From positions 682,001 through 746,000 of the forward strand of contig CM035362.1 in assembly GCA_020137815.1 (NCBI GenBank): 64,000 bases of DNA, read 5' to 3'. The notes under the pieces were generated by a model, which was not told the DNA's origin, ran no database searches, and saw only the letters and a program-made list of their open reading frames with translations. The position numbers were made by a program, and so were the translations under genes. Within the stretch, counting starts at the first letter, position 1. Each line of letters begins with the position of its first letter. Positions 1-43,812 of the stretch are shown here, piece after piece. The stretch is from Hormiphora californensis (taxonomy: Eukaryota > Animalia > Ctenophora).

Positions 1-576
1 CCACTCATCTGTCCGGTGTAGAGCTCTTACTTTACATGGTCTGACATTTATACCTGCTCCTGGGTGAACAAGATCTCATCATTGATATGGGTGAAGAGTG
101 ATACAACTAACATTGTGATATTCTGGATCGGGGAGAAATATATTGAGCAAGAGCCAGGAATGAGAGCAATATTATGACTCTCTCTCTCTCTAACACTCGA
201 AAGGTGAGGTTATTAGCTCAATATAAAACAGAAGGTGGTTTATACTTTGTAAGAAACACATCGATGTATTATTATTGATAGAAACTAAAATCCAAATCAT
301 AAACCATTTTATGATTAGAAATTTGATGGTCTTTCTAAGAAATCTAACTGTATCATTATCTGTCAGAGCAATGGCCTGACAGATTATTATTGTAACTGTA
401 TTATAAACATAAACCAAACAGTCACATCATTCTCTGCAACCCTGCCTCATAAAACGATCACCGACAAAAACTAGGTCTAACTAGAACTGAAGTAATTCGG
501 TATATATTTGCACAATTTGTCTCTCTCGATGTCTACTCCAATCACAGTTTAATTGTTCCTCCCCTACTCTACCCTC

Positions 577-1654
577 TCAGTTCCTCAGCTGAGCGAGACG
601 TCTTGTTAAGGCATCCTCCTGTTCATTGCTCACACTGGTGGACGGCCCCTGCGATGGCACCCGTAGGGGCTGACTCTGCACCAGCCATCATAGTCACCCA
701 TTTCCAAGCCGTGCTCCTCCGCAACTTGAGATATGAGAGCATCCACCTGTGTGTGATAGGCACTGATTAGATGGCATGGCTTTGGGGGCAATGTATGTAA
801 ATCGTGGAGTTCAAGAAAGACGGAGACGTGTTAGGATTTAGGAACCACGCTGAAATTTTGGGATCCTTCACAATGAAATACTGAGTAAGGAAAAAGTAAC
901 AAACCTGGTCTGCAGGTGTTGTAAGGGTGGTTGAAGCTCCCATACTTTGATCCATTGCACTTGACTGGACGTCCAGGTTCTCTGATTGAGCCTCAAACTT
1001 ATCCATTATTTGCTGGACCTTTTCCAGGTCCATACTGGCCATTGCCTTATCAAGTCCCTTCACAACTGAGCCCATGTCTTTAGTGACCTAGATTTAGGAA
1101 GTTACTACATATAACGTATTCTGTAATTGCTAAATCATCAGTCGTGAACTACAGTATTATGATTATTACAATTCCAAACCTCGATTCACCGGACTCCTCG
1201 GGGGAAATTTATCTGTACAGTAAATAGAGATTGGAGGCCCGGTAAAAGGAGGGTTGTTTACCTGTTTCATAGCAAGTGCAGATTTAACCCTACTGGAGAC
1301 ACCATCTATCCTAGCAGCCATGCGCAGGAAGTTTAGTGATTCATTTCTCTTTCGAATAGCATTTTCACTGTAGATCTTAGCTCCTGAAAATACCAATGGT
1401 CAAGAACTCTGTTTATGAAAGATTGTGAACTCTGTACAACCTTGTATAGCTCATTGTCATTTTATTCTGTGTACAACTTACAGAATTCAGTCATATCATC
1501 TTGAATACAGCATACCTTCTACATTTCCCTGTTGTAGAGCCTTCTTAATTTTCGCCTTGTTCAAGTTGTGTTCCTTCTCGCATCTTTTAGATTCTCGTTC
1601 CAGTTGTTTTGAACAGAATTTCAGCTGGAAAAGTGTATCTTCCATGGAAGGCAT
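577..1654 (-). CDS. CHMP1A: ESCRT-III subunit CHMP1A-like (4 coding exons)
   Basis: Exons 1654-1516, 1383-1262, 1087-905, 746-577 with GT-AG, phase-compatible junctions. Translation [28 protein letters not shown]...[32 protein letters not shown]...TTLTTPADQ|[16 protein letters not shown]...[15 protein letters not shown] matches the CHMP1/Did2 family including the C-terminal MIM1. The last exon needs two single-base deletions in homopolymer runs (697-699, 646-649) to stay in frame. Confidence 0.93.
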
Positions 1655-1936
1655 TGCTGCCCAAGTGCCGCCCAGATTCAGCGGATTACCACCCTCTTTC
1701 CTTTGAAGCTAACAATGATATATCGACTTAACGCCTTGAATTCTGATAAAACACATACAGTGAGCAGGAAAACATTCGATTTACGATCTTCAAAAGCAGG
1801 TAAACAAAAAAGGCGTCTCACAAGGCGTCTCGTATGCGACAGGGCGTGGGATTCGATGCGATTACTTTACACGTTAAAGCAGATTTTGAACTGCACGGCA
1901 TGCTGATGAAATTTAACCAGTACCCAGTGTTGAAAT

Positions 1937-2598
1937 TAGGTCCAGCGTGTCCATGACACTCTCTTCGTTGCGGAAAAAGAGAGAAGATTGATATTTTGTT
2001 CGAAAAATGAAAATTTTGGCGATTCTTGACCTTTTTCCAGACGCAATTTTACGGGAGAATTTTGCTCGCACGAATTTAAGTTAACGTAACGCGCGAACAC
2101 AAATGTTTAAAGCGCCGCCAAAAATGTATTTTCTTAAGCCGCGCGGTGAAAATTTGTCGTGATGACATGACGATTTTTTGGCCAGCGTTAAAATCTGGGT
2201 GTTTGGAGAGTGCTGACAAACGGTTTTTTAGGGTTAGGGCTAAATTGGGGTAAGGGTTAGGGCTGGGGTTTGGGTTGGGGTTAGGCCTTGACATTTCCTA
2301 CCAGATAAACTTTGAATTAGCCAAAACGGTTGAGTGGTTTGGCGGTTAGAGCCATTTTAGTGAATCAACTTTTTTGGCAGCGCGCACCTGTAAACAAGCC
2401 ACCAAACACCCAGATCGTATACGGCGCCCCGATTTTTTATCGTGGATCGCCCAAACTTTTGAAAAGCGCTGCCTTATCCCGCGCTGCGGGGGCCAGCAAC
2501 GTTTGCCAACCCAAACTTTCACTTTTTTAACTGCTTTCTCTCTTTTCTCGCAACGAAAAGTGTGTCATGCCGTCATAGACACACTGGACACAGCCTAG
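1937..2598. mobile_element. Degenerate MITE-like element with internal telomere-like (GGGTTA) tract
   Basis: Left end TAGGTCCAGCGTGTCCATGACAC...TTCGTTGCGGAAAAAGAGAG is an imperfect inverted copy of the right end CTCTTTTCTCGCAACGAAAAGTGTGTCATG...ACACACTGGACACAGCCTAG. Degenerate GGGTTA repeats at ~2229-2285. Confidence 0.55.
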
Positions 2599-3116
2599 GT
2601 TCGCTGAAAAAAAGAATTGACGTTTGCCAGTGGGCGGACAGTTTAAAAAAGACTTAAAAGTGATGCGACACTAGGGTGCGCAAAAAGATGCCTGCCACAC
2701 ACACGTTAACTGTAACACACATCCTCCTGCTGTTGTTAGTCGACGAAAATTGGGGGGGGGGGGGCAATATCGGCCTTAAAATAAAATATATAATAAATTG
2801 TCAAACAAAAATATACGAGCTTTCCAGTTGGCACCACTTGCTTTTTTTCTTTTTCTGTGTTCTCGGACCTTTTGCCGTATAAGTTATAACTTTAAACTTT
2901 CCGTTGCACTGAATAAAGATTTAAAATATCTCTGATTTCTTTGGTGGGTGCTACCCGAATCACGTCAATAACCCCTCTCTGAACTCTGAATGTAATGAAA
3001 GATAATCCTCTGTACGTATTATGATACCTGCTGTCCTGTATTAGGTTTCTAATGTAACATTCTTATATAGGATGTGAGGAATTGAGTTGCCTGTGTGTGA
3101 GGAAGAACAATCTGAC

Positions 3117-34143
<31,027 letters not shown>

Positions 34144-34909
34144 AGCACTGCACAATGACGATATAATATAGATCTGAACCTTCCGATATGATCATAGACC
34201 CTTTCTTCAGCAAGACATCTTTTTCTCGAGTTATATAGAGAGACACTAATGACACATGATACAGACTATCTTTTTTTCTGGGTTTTGATACTACTCTTAT
34301 TTTTAACCGAAAGACAATGATCTCGAGTGTGCCGCTCTGTTTAGCTGTACCCTTCAGAGAGTTCTAGAATCAGGAAGGACTTGATAAAGTATGTTGGTCC
34401 GTATCTAGATATGTGTGTGATATTGAATCTGCTGAAGTTATGACGTATAAAACTACTCCTAGTGATATAACTCGAAATGGGACAATAAGCCTTGTATAAT
34501 GTGTGAATACTTTCCTCAGATTTCCTTGTAGGTTATACAGTTGTAGTATTTGTTGGACCTTGAGGCCTAAACTGTGAGATATCTCGAGATATTGGGTATT
34601 TTTAAAATATCTTTAATCGTAGCCTCCATGATTATATTTACCTTTTTGGTAAGGCCGATTCTTTATCATTTTGTGGGTTTTGTCCCCCTGCCCAGTGTGT
34701 AATAAATGATCTGAGCGAGAACTGAGGAGGAAAAGGAGTAGTGTTTTAAAAGTGGCGTCACGCCAGGGCAATCGTTACTGACGTAGTAAAGAAAGGGGAT
34801 TATTTTGGAAGTCCTAAATGCTCTGATAGTGACTTTAGTTGCTATATCGGCTGAGTTAGCGTGAAGGATTTAGTGTTGTCTATACAATTATTCTGCCAAA
34901 ATCTTTATG

Positions 34910-35780
34910 TCAGCATGCCGAACCCGATAGTGCACTCAGATCGGGTTGTGGCGCTGCCATAGCCCATAGCCAGACCAACATTTTCTTTTTAATCAACCGC
35001 TCGAGAGTTATATTGTCTTGTGGTAATGAGAAGCTGAGACTATGTTTTGACTGAAGAGAGTGTTTCCCATTCTGTCAGTTTGTAAAATTTTATTTCTACT
35101 AAAACCAAAATCTTCTGTGTTTCCGTTTGAATATATGTTCACCCCTGACCAATCGTCACGTTCTGTTATCGGTTTTGATGCAGACCCCGTTTTGATTCTC
35201 ATATTGAGAGGGTCTGCGCCGCCAGAAAGGATGCAATCAGCAATGGAATCGATCGCAACTGTCGTCCACTTCGTACTTGGGGTACCAAACGAAGTGGACT
35301 CATCACACAGAATGTACTGATGATGGTCAGGGGTGAAACTGTATCACGAAGTGCTGGTGGTGGTGGTTTCACCAATGGCGGCGCCAGACCCCGTTTTGAT
35401 CGGGTCGGCGCCGCCAGTCAGATGGCGGCGCCGGACGCGGTAGTGTCCCGGAAAAGCTTTGACTCTGATCATGTTAGCATGGCCATGATGATGGTATAGA
35501 GTTGAATCAGCACGGACCGCTTGATCAATGGAGTGGCTGGTTAGCTTGACACGTTAGAGGGAAGGCTAGGGCCGGGGACCATGTAGGCTACTAAGGGGAT
35601 TCCCCTAACCGTACTGTTAATATCAGTGTTATGTTGCTTAAATTCAGAAGAGCGGAGCAAGAATATTGGCATCTTGATTCGTGCTGACAGTCAGATTGTG
35701 AATGTGAAATATATTGACTTTTGGCAGTGCCGACCCGATCTGAGCACACTGAGAATCAAAACGGGGTCTGGCGGCGCCAA
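34910..35780. repeat. Inverted-repeat/MITE-like remnant
   Basis: TGGCGGCGCCAGACCCCGTTTTGAT (~35376) is inverted at ATCAAAACGGGGTCTGGCGGCGCCA (~35754). A further copy CAGACCCCGTTTTGATTCTCA lies at ~35181. CTCAGATCGGGT (~34935) is inverted at ACCCGATCTGAG (~35732). Confidence 0.55.
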
Positions 35781-36113
35781 AGAGTTTGATGGAAGTGAAA
35801 ACTGAAACAGACAAACAATTATCCATCATAGATTTGAGAAAAGTTTTGCATAAAATAATAAACACACTTTTACTCTGCAGTCACCCTTTCTAGTCTCCGA
35901 CTACTACTGAAAATGTCACCCAGCTGTCAGAGCATCATGATTCATGCCCTGACAGTCACCCAGTCATCTCGCTATCTAGCACGACAGCCTGTGTAACTGG
36001 GGGTATCAAAATCTCTATATAAACAAGGTTAAACTTTATCAAATCGTCTCATAACTTTCTCATTCTGAAAACCCAGCTACGAGTCCAATATATATCACAG
36101 TATCCGTTATCCG

Positions 36114-37313
36114 TTAAGAATCAGATGGGACAGGGTGGGCACATAGATGCACTTTGAAACACTCCAGTGGTGCTAAAAACTCCTCTCTCTTCTGGTACTC
36201 AGTGAAAAAGAAAGCATTTACGCTATCCTGACTGAAATAATAAAACATACTCCGGATCCTCTGAGCCGTCTTCTCCCCAAAGAATGGCTTTATCGCTGTC
36301 AAAATATCTCGCTCTAGTGGAGAGTAGAGCTCCATCAGCTCCGCAAGGCCTGTGCACCTGCTGTCATCCCTTGCGACTGCAACGAAACACGAAATGAACT
36401 GGCACACACTACCGTACAGTTCAGTAAACAGGAGGGATTGGTCCTCTGTTAGCTCACCAGGGTTCAGGGTGAGAAAAGCATCAAATTTGTGGTTTAGAGT
36501 GAGGAAGTGAGAGCAGATCTTCCAAGCCTTCTCTTTATCTCCACTCTCGGTCACAATGAAATCATTCAGTGCGGTGATGATGGACAGATCTTGTTCACTC
36601 AGCTCGTTCTGTGTGAAGGGGTCAGCCAGGGCAGCCGGTTGGTTGAACTTCTTAGCCATCTTATCAAATTGTACAACCCTCGCTTTATCAGACTCAGCAC
36701 GGAGCTTTGTTGATTTCTTTAGAGTCCCCATAAATTCCAGATTGAGAGCGAGGACCCTCCTAGAAACTTCCAGCCTCCTCATTAGGTACTGGACTAGTTC
36801 CTCACCTCTCCGTTCTCTTAGTTTGGAAAGAAAGTTGTTGTCAGGATCCAGCATAATGGTGATCACTTGTTCAAGTCGGGCGTTGGTTTTGGCACTGTAA
36901 GCCCCTCCAAAGTAATCCCGGAGATGTTTCTTGAGCAACTCAAGGGGCTCCCCCAGAGCAAGTGACGCCTGTTCAGACCCCAAATCCGCCTCCATAACGG
37001 TGGCAATTGCCCCGAATACCTCCTCCTCGGACCTCATAATGGCCTCCAACTGCTCTATTTCCTGTTCACTCACTGCTCTGAGATACACCTTGAAGCCCAC
37101 CTTCAGCATCAACCTCACCAGATTATCAACCGTCTCCTTGGCAACATCAGCACCCACCTCCGTCTCCAGGAAACCTTGGATCTTGTCCAGGAACTCGATA
37201 CTGTCCGAGTGGATGATCTCGTTTGGGTGGTCGGTAGATCTGGCGTGTTTGATCCATTTCTGGGTGGCCTTCACTGCAACAGCAGCACTGATCGCCTTGA
37301 TGTTGTTGGGCAT
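36114..37313 (-). CDS. Intronless 399-aa protein with two tandem TNFAIP8/TIPE-like helical domains
   Basis: Long clean ORF. Repeat 1 (AVAVKATQKWIK...SIEFLDKIQGFLETEVGADVAKETVDNLVRLMLKVG...YSAKTNARLEQVITIMLDPDNNFLSKL) parallels the TIPE consensus (LAVQAQKKIL...SSEVLDELY...AEKIIKNLIK...LTAKSHGRVNNVFDHFSD.EFL). Repeat 2 (TESGDKEKAWKICSHFLTL...FGEKTAQRIRSMFYYFS) shows the same pattern. Family assigned by eye. Confidence 0.65.
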   Translation of the reverse strand: MPNNIKAISAAVAVKATQKWIKHARSTDHPNEIIHSDSIEFLDKIQGFLETEVGADVAKETVDNLVRLMLKVGFKVYLRAVSEQEIEQLEAIMRSEEEVFGAIATVMEADLGSEQASLALGEPLELLKKHLRDYFGGAYSAKTNARLEQVITIMLDPDNNFLSKLRERRGEELVQYLMRRLEVSRRVLALNLEFMGTLKKSTKLRAESDKARVVQFDKMAKKFNQPAALADPFTQNELSEQDLSIITALNDFIVTESGDKEKAWKICSHFLTLNHKFDAFLTLNPGELTEDQSLLFTELYGSVCQFISCFVAVARDDSRCTGLAELMELYSPLERDILTAIKPFFGEKTAQRIRSMFYYFSQDSVNAFFFTEYQKREEFLAPLECFKVHLCAHPVPSDS

Positions 37314-38608
37314 GGTAGCTGGAGGAGGAGTTAGGGGTTTAGATTAGATTTTGAACTGTTTGTTTTAATAATATAAAATAATCGGAGCATGATAAATCAA
37401 CAAGTGCATGAAAAAAACAATGTATCAGTTTTGCTGGAAAGTGAAAAACATGCCACACATGATGGTTTGAGCTTGGACCAAAAATAGTAATGTGGATTGT
37501 TATGACTGTGGCTAAAATTACACCGCGCCACGACCCCCGTGTTAAAGAAAACAATGGCTGGGAGCCAACGATAACATTTTCAGCTCATGTCAACTGTTGA
37601 GTGGTAGGGGAATAGAAAGCAAATAATGAATTAATGAATGAAATTTATTATGGGAAATGTATTTATTCGACCAGACCGATCTGAATTCAACCATTGTCTA
37701 TTGATTACCGTTTCAGATTCAATCCAGCATCTCAGCTCCAATAGTATATTATGGTTATGTGGGATGTGGGTGGATTCCACCGTGGAAGAGCCAGGCCATT
37801 TTGGCGTAGATTTCTAATAATGAACCCCTCGGGTCTCGATATGATACACATTTTCGGGTTGCCCTTCTCTCATTCCCTCAGCTGTCCACCCCTTGTACAA
37901 CACCACAACAAGCATGCGATGTTCGAGGATTTCCCGCCACGTCACTAATTCTCGTGGGAATTTCCCAGATCAGAAGATTTCCCAAAATGACAGTTACAAT
38001 GCTGTTATCTGATCTCTCTCTCTCTCTCTGCCTCTCTCTATAATCGCACCATGACATATTGGTCGTTATTTCTTATCTGTTTCTTGCCAGTTTTTTCTTG
38101 TGACCTGCACTTTGCTTTCACTTCCCTTTCTCACGATCAGAACTCTCAAATAAACTTTCTCCCTCTCTCTTGTAGTGCAAGTTTCACTATCTGTATATCT
38201 CCCACTCTCTCTGTCTAATTACTGCTCCCTCCCCCCTTGGCTCTCTGTTTCTCTTGTTCATTCTCCCCTTCTGCTCAGTCTTCATGCTTATCAGTTAAAC
38301 TAAACGAGCTTCCTATTTTGTTCACTGTCAGACTGCCACGTTGTTGCTGCTTGTAGTATGCTAGTTGAGATGACAGCTGTTATACTGAGCTGTTCAGAAA
38401 CCAGTACTCAATAGCTTCCATTCTTACCCAAACTGGTGGTGCTTTGCCAGACAGGTGATCGTTGCATATTTCCCAGCTCCCAAATAATGACGTGTTGCAA
38501 CAAGTCAGCTTGAAGTTGAACAAAAAAAAAGTGTTTTGGTGTCACTGCAGACTCCTAACACCCCTCCCAACTGTGTTTTAGCCGGTGCTATATCACCACA
38601 TTAATATC

Positions 38609-41053
38609 ATGGGTGTAACAGACATGTGTGTCCATGCCTTCATTGATGTGCCCACGCAACAGTGGATCTGCAGTGATAACACCTGGTCTCAGGTCCGCTG
38701 TCAGGTACCTACATGATTATTGATTATTAAATATTAACTGCTGATCTGAATTCTCTCAGATTGACTGATTGAGAATCTGATTGAGAATCCTCCATTTATT
38801 CTGATTTCTGAGACTCAAATTGAGTGGAAGGTCGGGTGCCAACTAGACAGTCTATACTGCTTAACAAGCTGTGATCGAGAGAATCAGTTATTTGATTGAG
38901 AGAAATCGGGATATTTTTGACAGGTTCAATCGATCAATCTGTCTCTCCGATCAGAGCAAAACTGTCAAAAATATCTTGACCGTATTCATTTATTTATCAG
39001 CCTGATTTCTTGCAACTATAGTAACCCTCCTCCTATTTCCCTGCAGCACCTTCCTATAAAAGAAGAGATCACGGCAGTGTTGGAAGGAGCGGAGCTCTGG
39101 ACTCAACTGAAGCAGTTCCAAAATGAGATGGTAGTCGGCCCTCAGGGAAGGTAACTGTTGTTAGTCATTAATTATTAATCATCTCTGTCCCAAAAAGTCC
39201 CATTTCTAGTATTTCTACTAGTACCACCTGCTGAACCGCAGTCTGGCAGATTCCCTTCCCCATTAATGGGGAAGGGAATCTGCCATTTCCTGATTCCTAA
39301 TCAATTCCCTTCCCGCAGGCGAATGTTTCCTAATTTCAATGTGCGTCTCTCGGGACTATCTCCGACCCGGTACTATCACGTGTTCATTGAGGCAAGGAGC
39401 ATCAACGAGAACAAGTTCTCCTTTGATTTCAACAGTAACTGCTGGGGAGTCACTGGACCTGCTGAGCCTGAGAGTATGAAAAGGATCTATTATCACCCTG
39501 AAACTCCTCTACAAGGTTAGTACAGCTGCAGTAGGACTTGGCTCCATTGCAACCTATTCTCGCTCCGCGAAGAATAGGCTCCCGGCCTGTGGACAGCAAG
39601 AACTCACGTGCGCGCGATGTAAAGCACGTTTTCAGCAGTGGGACTATCAAATCGCGCGCGAGATACTGTTTTAGCAGGCATTTTTAGCCGACATAGCACT
39701 ACCAAAACCCCAATTACCGCCTCAATTGGCACTTTGATGTATCGGCGGGTATTTTCCCATACTCACAAGGCCATGACGATTCACCCAGTACCCGCAGATT
39801 GTCCCAGGACCGAGTAGGAGCTTGCAGCCAGGTCTTTAAAGAATTGCTCATGTTTAGCGTCAATTTTGACCCACTATTCCTCAAATGCTGATATTCGCGG
39901 GTATTTTCCGTAAAACTAGAGACAATTATCTGCCAGGAGCAACAAACGAGATGCAAATCGGTTCAGTAGTTCCTTGCAGCCAGGTCTTTGAAAAAGTTTG
40001 CTCTAAAATCAATAACGCGCCGGAGGCCTAGATGTGAGATCGATCTCGGTCGCTGCGCGACCTCGATCTCACTCAGGCATCAATGTGGCCAACAGTAGGA
40101 CCCCAGTACCAATTTAGGGATGCAGTTTAGGTTTTAGATTTATTGAAGATCGTTGTTTTGAAGCTAGTAAAGTTCAAACTATGATATTATCTCCCTATAA
40201 TACCAATGTACTCCTCATCATCTCATTCTCCCACTTAGGATCTGGCTGGATGAGGAAGCCGGTTTCTTTCAAAACTCCCAAGTTTACTACTGGACAGAGG
40301 GATGGTAACATGGTAAGTTTAACATGTTTCAACACATTCTTCTCTCTTGATCTAACATGTTTCAACACATTCTTCTCCTTATATCTAACATGTTTTATTA
40401 CACAGTCTTCTCCCTAGATCTAACATGTTTCAAACATTCTTCTCCCTCGATCTAACTTGTTTCAAACATTCTTCTCCCTAGATCTAACATGTTTCAACAC
40501 ATTTTAACACATTTTAACACATCCCTCATGCAGATTGAGATAAGGAAAGGTCAGAAGTACGTGCTGGTACTACATGTTGTGGAACTATCTGATAACCGTC
40601 ACCTTCCCAACCGCTGCCAGGAGATTATCTTTGAGGAAACGGAGTTTGTAACCGTTAGCTCTCATCAAAATCAGGTGAGAACTGTCACTGTCAGACCTTC
40701 GTCCTTCAAGATCTCTCAGAGAAGAGATCAATGATCATAGATCAGGCCTGATGTATCTCTTCTCTGATCAGGGAGCCTCATTTTCTCTGATCAGGGAGAC
40801 TCATTTTATGTTTCCTAAGTAAGACACCACCAATTAACTATAGGAAGGTGTCAGACCTGTAACTTCCCGATTAGATGAGATAGAAAGCAAATTCTGATTG
40901 CGTTGTAATCGTCTCAAAAATCTTATTCAGAGAAGCTCTGCATGTTCGTCATGCTCTGCGTAACCCACTACTGATAATATGTTTCCCCAGGTTGTTGCGG
41001 CTACTAAACTAAACCGGAACGGACGATTAACCAGTATGGGACAATGTCATTAG
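38609..41053 (+). CDS. Divergent T-box transcription factor
   Basis: Exons 38609-38704 (tentative), 39047-39150 (LEGAELWTQLKQFQNEMVVGPQGR), 39319-39515 (RMFPNFNVRLSGLSPTRYY...RIYYHPETPLQG), 40239-40312 (SGWMRKPVSFKTPKFTT), 40534-40674 (GQKYVLVLHVVE...FEETEFVTVSSHQNQ), 40991-41053 (VVAATKLNRNGRLTSMGQCH*). Typical T-box motifs and intron positions (GR|RMFP, QN-x|). Confidence 0.9.
40318..40520 (+). repeat. ~32-33 bp minisatellite filling a T-box intron
   Basis: About 6 copies of TCTAACATGTTTCAACACATTCTTCTCCCTAGA-like units. Confidence 0.9.
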
Positions 41054-42002
41054 AGATCTGGAATGTGCAACTAGCTCGATACCTGTTGCCAGTACGGGAA
41101 TGCAGGGTAACCATGGTAACGACATAGTTACCACATGGTAACCACATGGTAACCATGCAGCTGCAGTTGTCCAACTCACCATTCTAGGTCTAGCTATTTA
41201 AAATACTAGGTAATATATATCATGGACTTATTACAAACTGTGTTAATTATCAATTGGTAAGCAGTATGACCGTCATAATGACGTCATATTATGACGTCAT
41301 AGCTCTACGGAGTTTGGCGGCCATGCTCTGCCAATAAGTTAGGAGTGTTTATCATAATCGCTTCCAATTTATCATTGTAGATTATTTACATAACTTTATT
41401 TAGAGTCGGATTTATTAATTAAAGAGGTTGTATGAAAAGGGTGTGTTTGATGTACTTTTCAAGCCAATAATTTTGAATGTGATTGATGTGTCATCTTAGG
41501 TGATCTTCCAGGCGATTATATATTTTGGGCATGTTTTATAATTAAATATAATTAATATAGGTGTTTGAAGCTTTAATTTTAAAGCGTTTTTTTGTCTTTT
41601 GACAATTTTTTGAGTTTGATTCTAATCAAAAAAGGTACTTTTTTCAAGAATGATTTGATCAAGCTGGTTTATAATGTGTTCGGGTGTAAATCTAATTTCT
41701 AAAGTCTGTAAAGAAAATGTTTTTTGTGTTGCCATGGAAACAAAAAAACAAATAACTCAGAATAAAACAAATATAATTAAAATATATGTTATATAGATTC
41801 ACTACCAATTTCAGTTCGGGTCAATATAACAGACATGAAATGCACAGCAACAAATGTCATATCATTTAATTAATTACTTAATTAAAATAACAATCATAGC
41901 ACAGCTCCACTATTCAACAAATCATTTCAAATAACACACTGAATCCAGGAACCGACCGAATCAGGAAATACTGGTCCCTGATTGGTTGTTTCCTGACTGA
42001 AT

Positions 42003-42839
42003 CTATTCCATATCATAGTGGCACACTGTACGGTAGTTTCCTCTTTCGTTCCTGTGTACCGCACACCCCGTCTTTCCTCCACTATAGTTGATCACCTTCT
42101 TCCAGTTCTTCTTAAAGAATCTCTCGCACATTCCCGCTGACTGAAACAGAAACACAGTTAGGAATAATTGGCCATTTGTTTGGAAACCAAATGTCATGTC
42201 TTGTTAAGTAAGGGGCACTGTCTGTCTGTTATAGTGTAATGTGGTCCCGGGGCGCTTGCAAGCGCTCTGATGAGGCCATTTGAAAAGCTTTTATGTAACA
42301 ATTACCGCCTGATCCTTACCCATATTTCCTTGCTACGAGTACGTGGTGCATCAAGTTCTCCGACAGCTATGCTGGCATCTCGCCCTGTTATATCTCTCTT
42401 GGCCTTGGCTTCCCATTGATCATCTTTAGCGTCAATTCTTAGGGAGGTGTCCCATGCAATGTTATAGTAGATCCTGATATGGGGAAAGGGTTGGTGACAT
42501 AGACATCTGGCGCGGCTCAATCTCGGTCGCGCCAGGTGTCTATGTCACCAAGGGAAAGGGTTTTAAGTCTTGCGTCGGTCTCTCGCCACAGTCTAACTCA
42601 GATTTACCGGGATGCTCAGAGGAAAGGATTTTGCCCGGTAAATCGGTTACGGGGAAATAGTTTTAAATGGGGAAATAGTTTTAGATCTCGAGGTCACGAT
42701 CATTCAATACACACCTGTGCGAGTTCTTGAGGCACTCAACTTCTCTATCAATATCACTAGCAGATGCTGCAACCATGGCAGCAGATACAACTGTCCCAAA
42801 AACCATGGTAACCACCAAAAACACGCTCCCTGATGACAT
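42003..42839 (-). CDS. Small secreted divergent CAP/SCP-like protein (138 aa, 3 coding exons)
   Basis: Exons 42839-42715, 42473-42320, 42140-42003, phase-compatible. Hydrophobic signal peptide MSSGSVFLVVTMVFGTVVSA. Motifs ECLKNSHR, IAWDTSL and GCAVHRNERGNYRTVCHY parallel CAP (HN..R, L.WD..L, GCA...VC.Y). Confidence 0.65.
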
Positions 42840-43708
42840 ATCCTTTATAGCACTACAGCTGCAGAAAGTGGTAAAATTAGTTTTTGGAAATATTAGGATT
42901 AATCTATAAGCTGCCTGTATGCATTGCATCGTATGCTGACCACTTCTCACGCGATCTGGTTAACCGGAGCGTATAGGAGAGTGGTCAGGCGAATTGTGCT
43001 GAAAACTCGGAAAGTGCTGAGATCAGGATTTAAGAGAAACTCCGGAAGAACTATTCGACTGGCGAGGCTGATAGCTTATAACTCTTTCATCTCAAACATG
43101 ATGCATTATTAAATAATGTATAAGCGTATACAGATTAATTAAAAGCAGCAAGAACAACGTGTTTGTAGTCTTCGCAATCGCACAAAAAAAACAATCATAG
43201 TGTTCAGTTATAAGTTCAACATACCCTACGGCTAGAAGTTTAACCTGCAAAGTGTTAATCAAAGTCCTGATCTCGCTTTTACATGTGATGCAAAAAACAA
43301 CTATCACGTGGTAAACTATTTTACTACTATAGCTGATCGTCATCTCATGGCACAAACAGACCGTGGTTATGAATATGAACTCTTGGAAAAAGAAGGGGGG
43401 CAGAGAGAGAGGTCGCTGCAGAGAGAGAGAGCGAAAGATAGAGAAAATAGCTAAATCTGTTATAGATCTAACTTAGAGGTTCAACTTCCGCCACCACTTC
43501 AACAAAACTAGATAACACCCTCTCGCGTATCAGCTTGTCATTTCTCTCTCTATCTCTCTCTATTCCTCTCATCTCTCTCGTCCACGACTCTCTCGTCGAT
43601 CGTCACTCCTCTCCTCTATTCTCTCTCTCTGCTCTCTCTCGTACTACTCTCTCTCTCTCTCCGATCTCGTCTCTTCTCGTCTTCGTCTCGGTCTCCTCTC
43701 TCTCTCTA

Positions 43709-43740
<32 letters not shown>

Positions 43741-43812
43741 CCCTCTCTCTCTCTATCTCTCTCTCTCTCTCATCTCTCTCTTCTCTCTATCTCTCCTCTC
43801 TCTCTCTCTCTC

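Noticed and set aside
190-417. 75-aa hydrophobic minus-strand ORF
   Set aside because: AT-rich, non-ATG start, in or near the CHMP1A 3' region, with no recognisable homology.
2229-2285. Telomere or chromosome end
   Set aside because: Short, degenerate and internal to an inverted-repeat element; a similar CCCTAA tract at ~34030-34080 is intronic.
40318-40520. Regularly spaced ~33-bp repeats superficially like a CRISPR array
   Set aside because: Contiguous minisatellite without unique spacers, inside a eukaryotic intron, with no cas genes.
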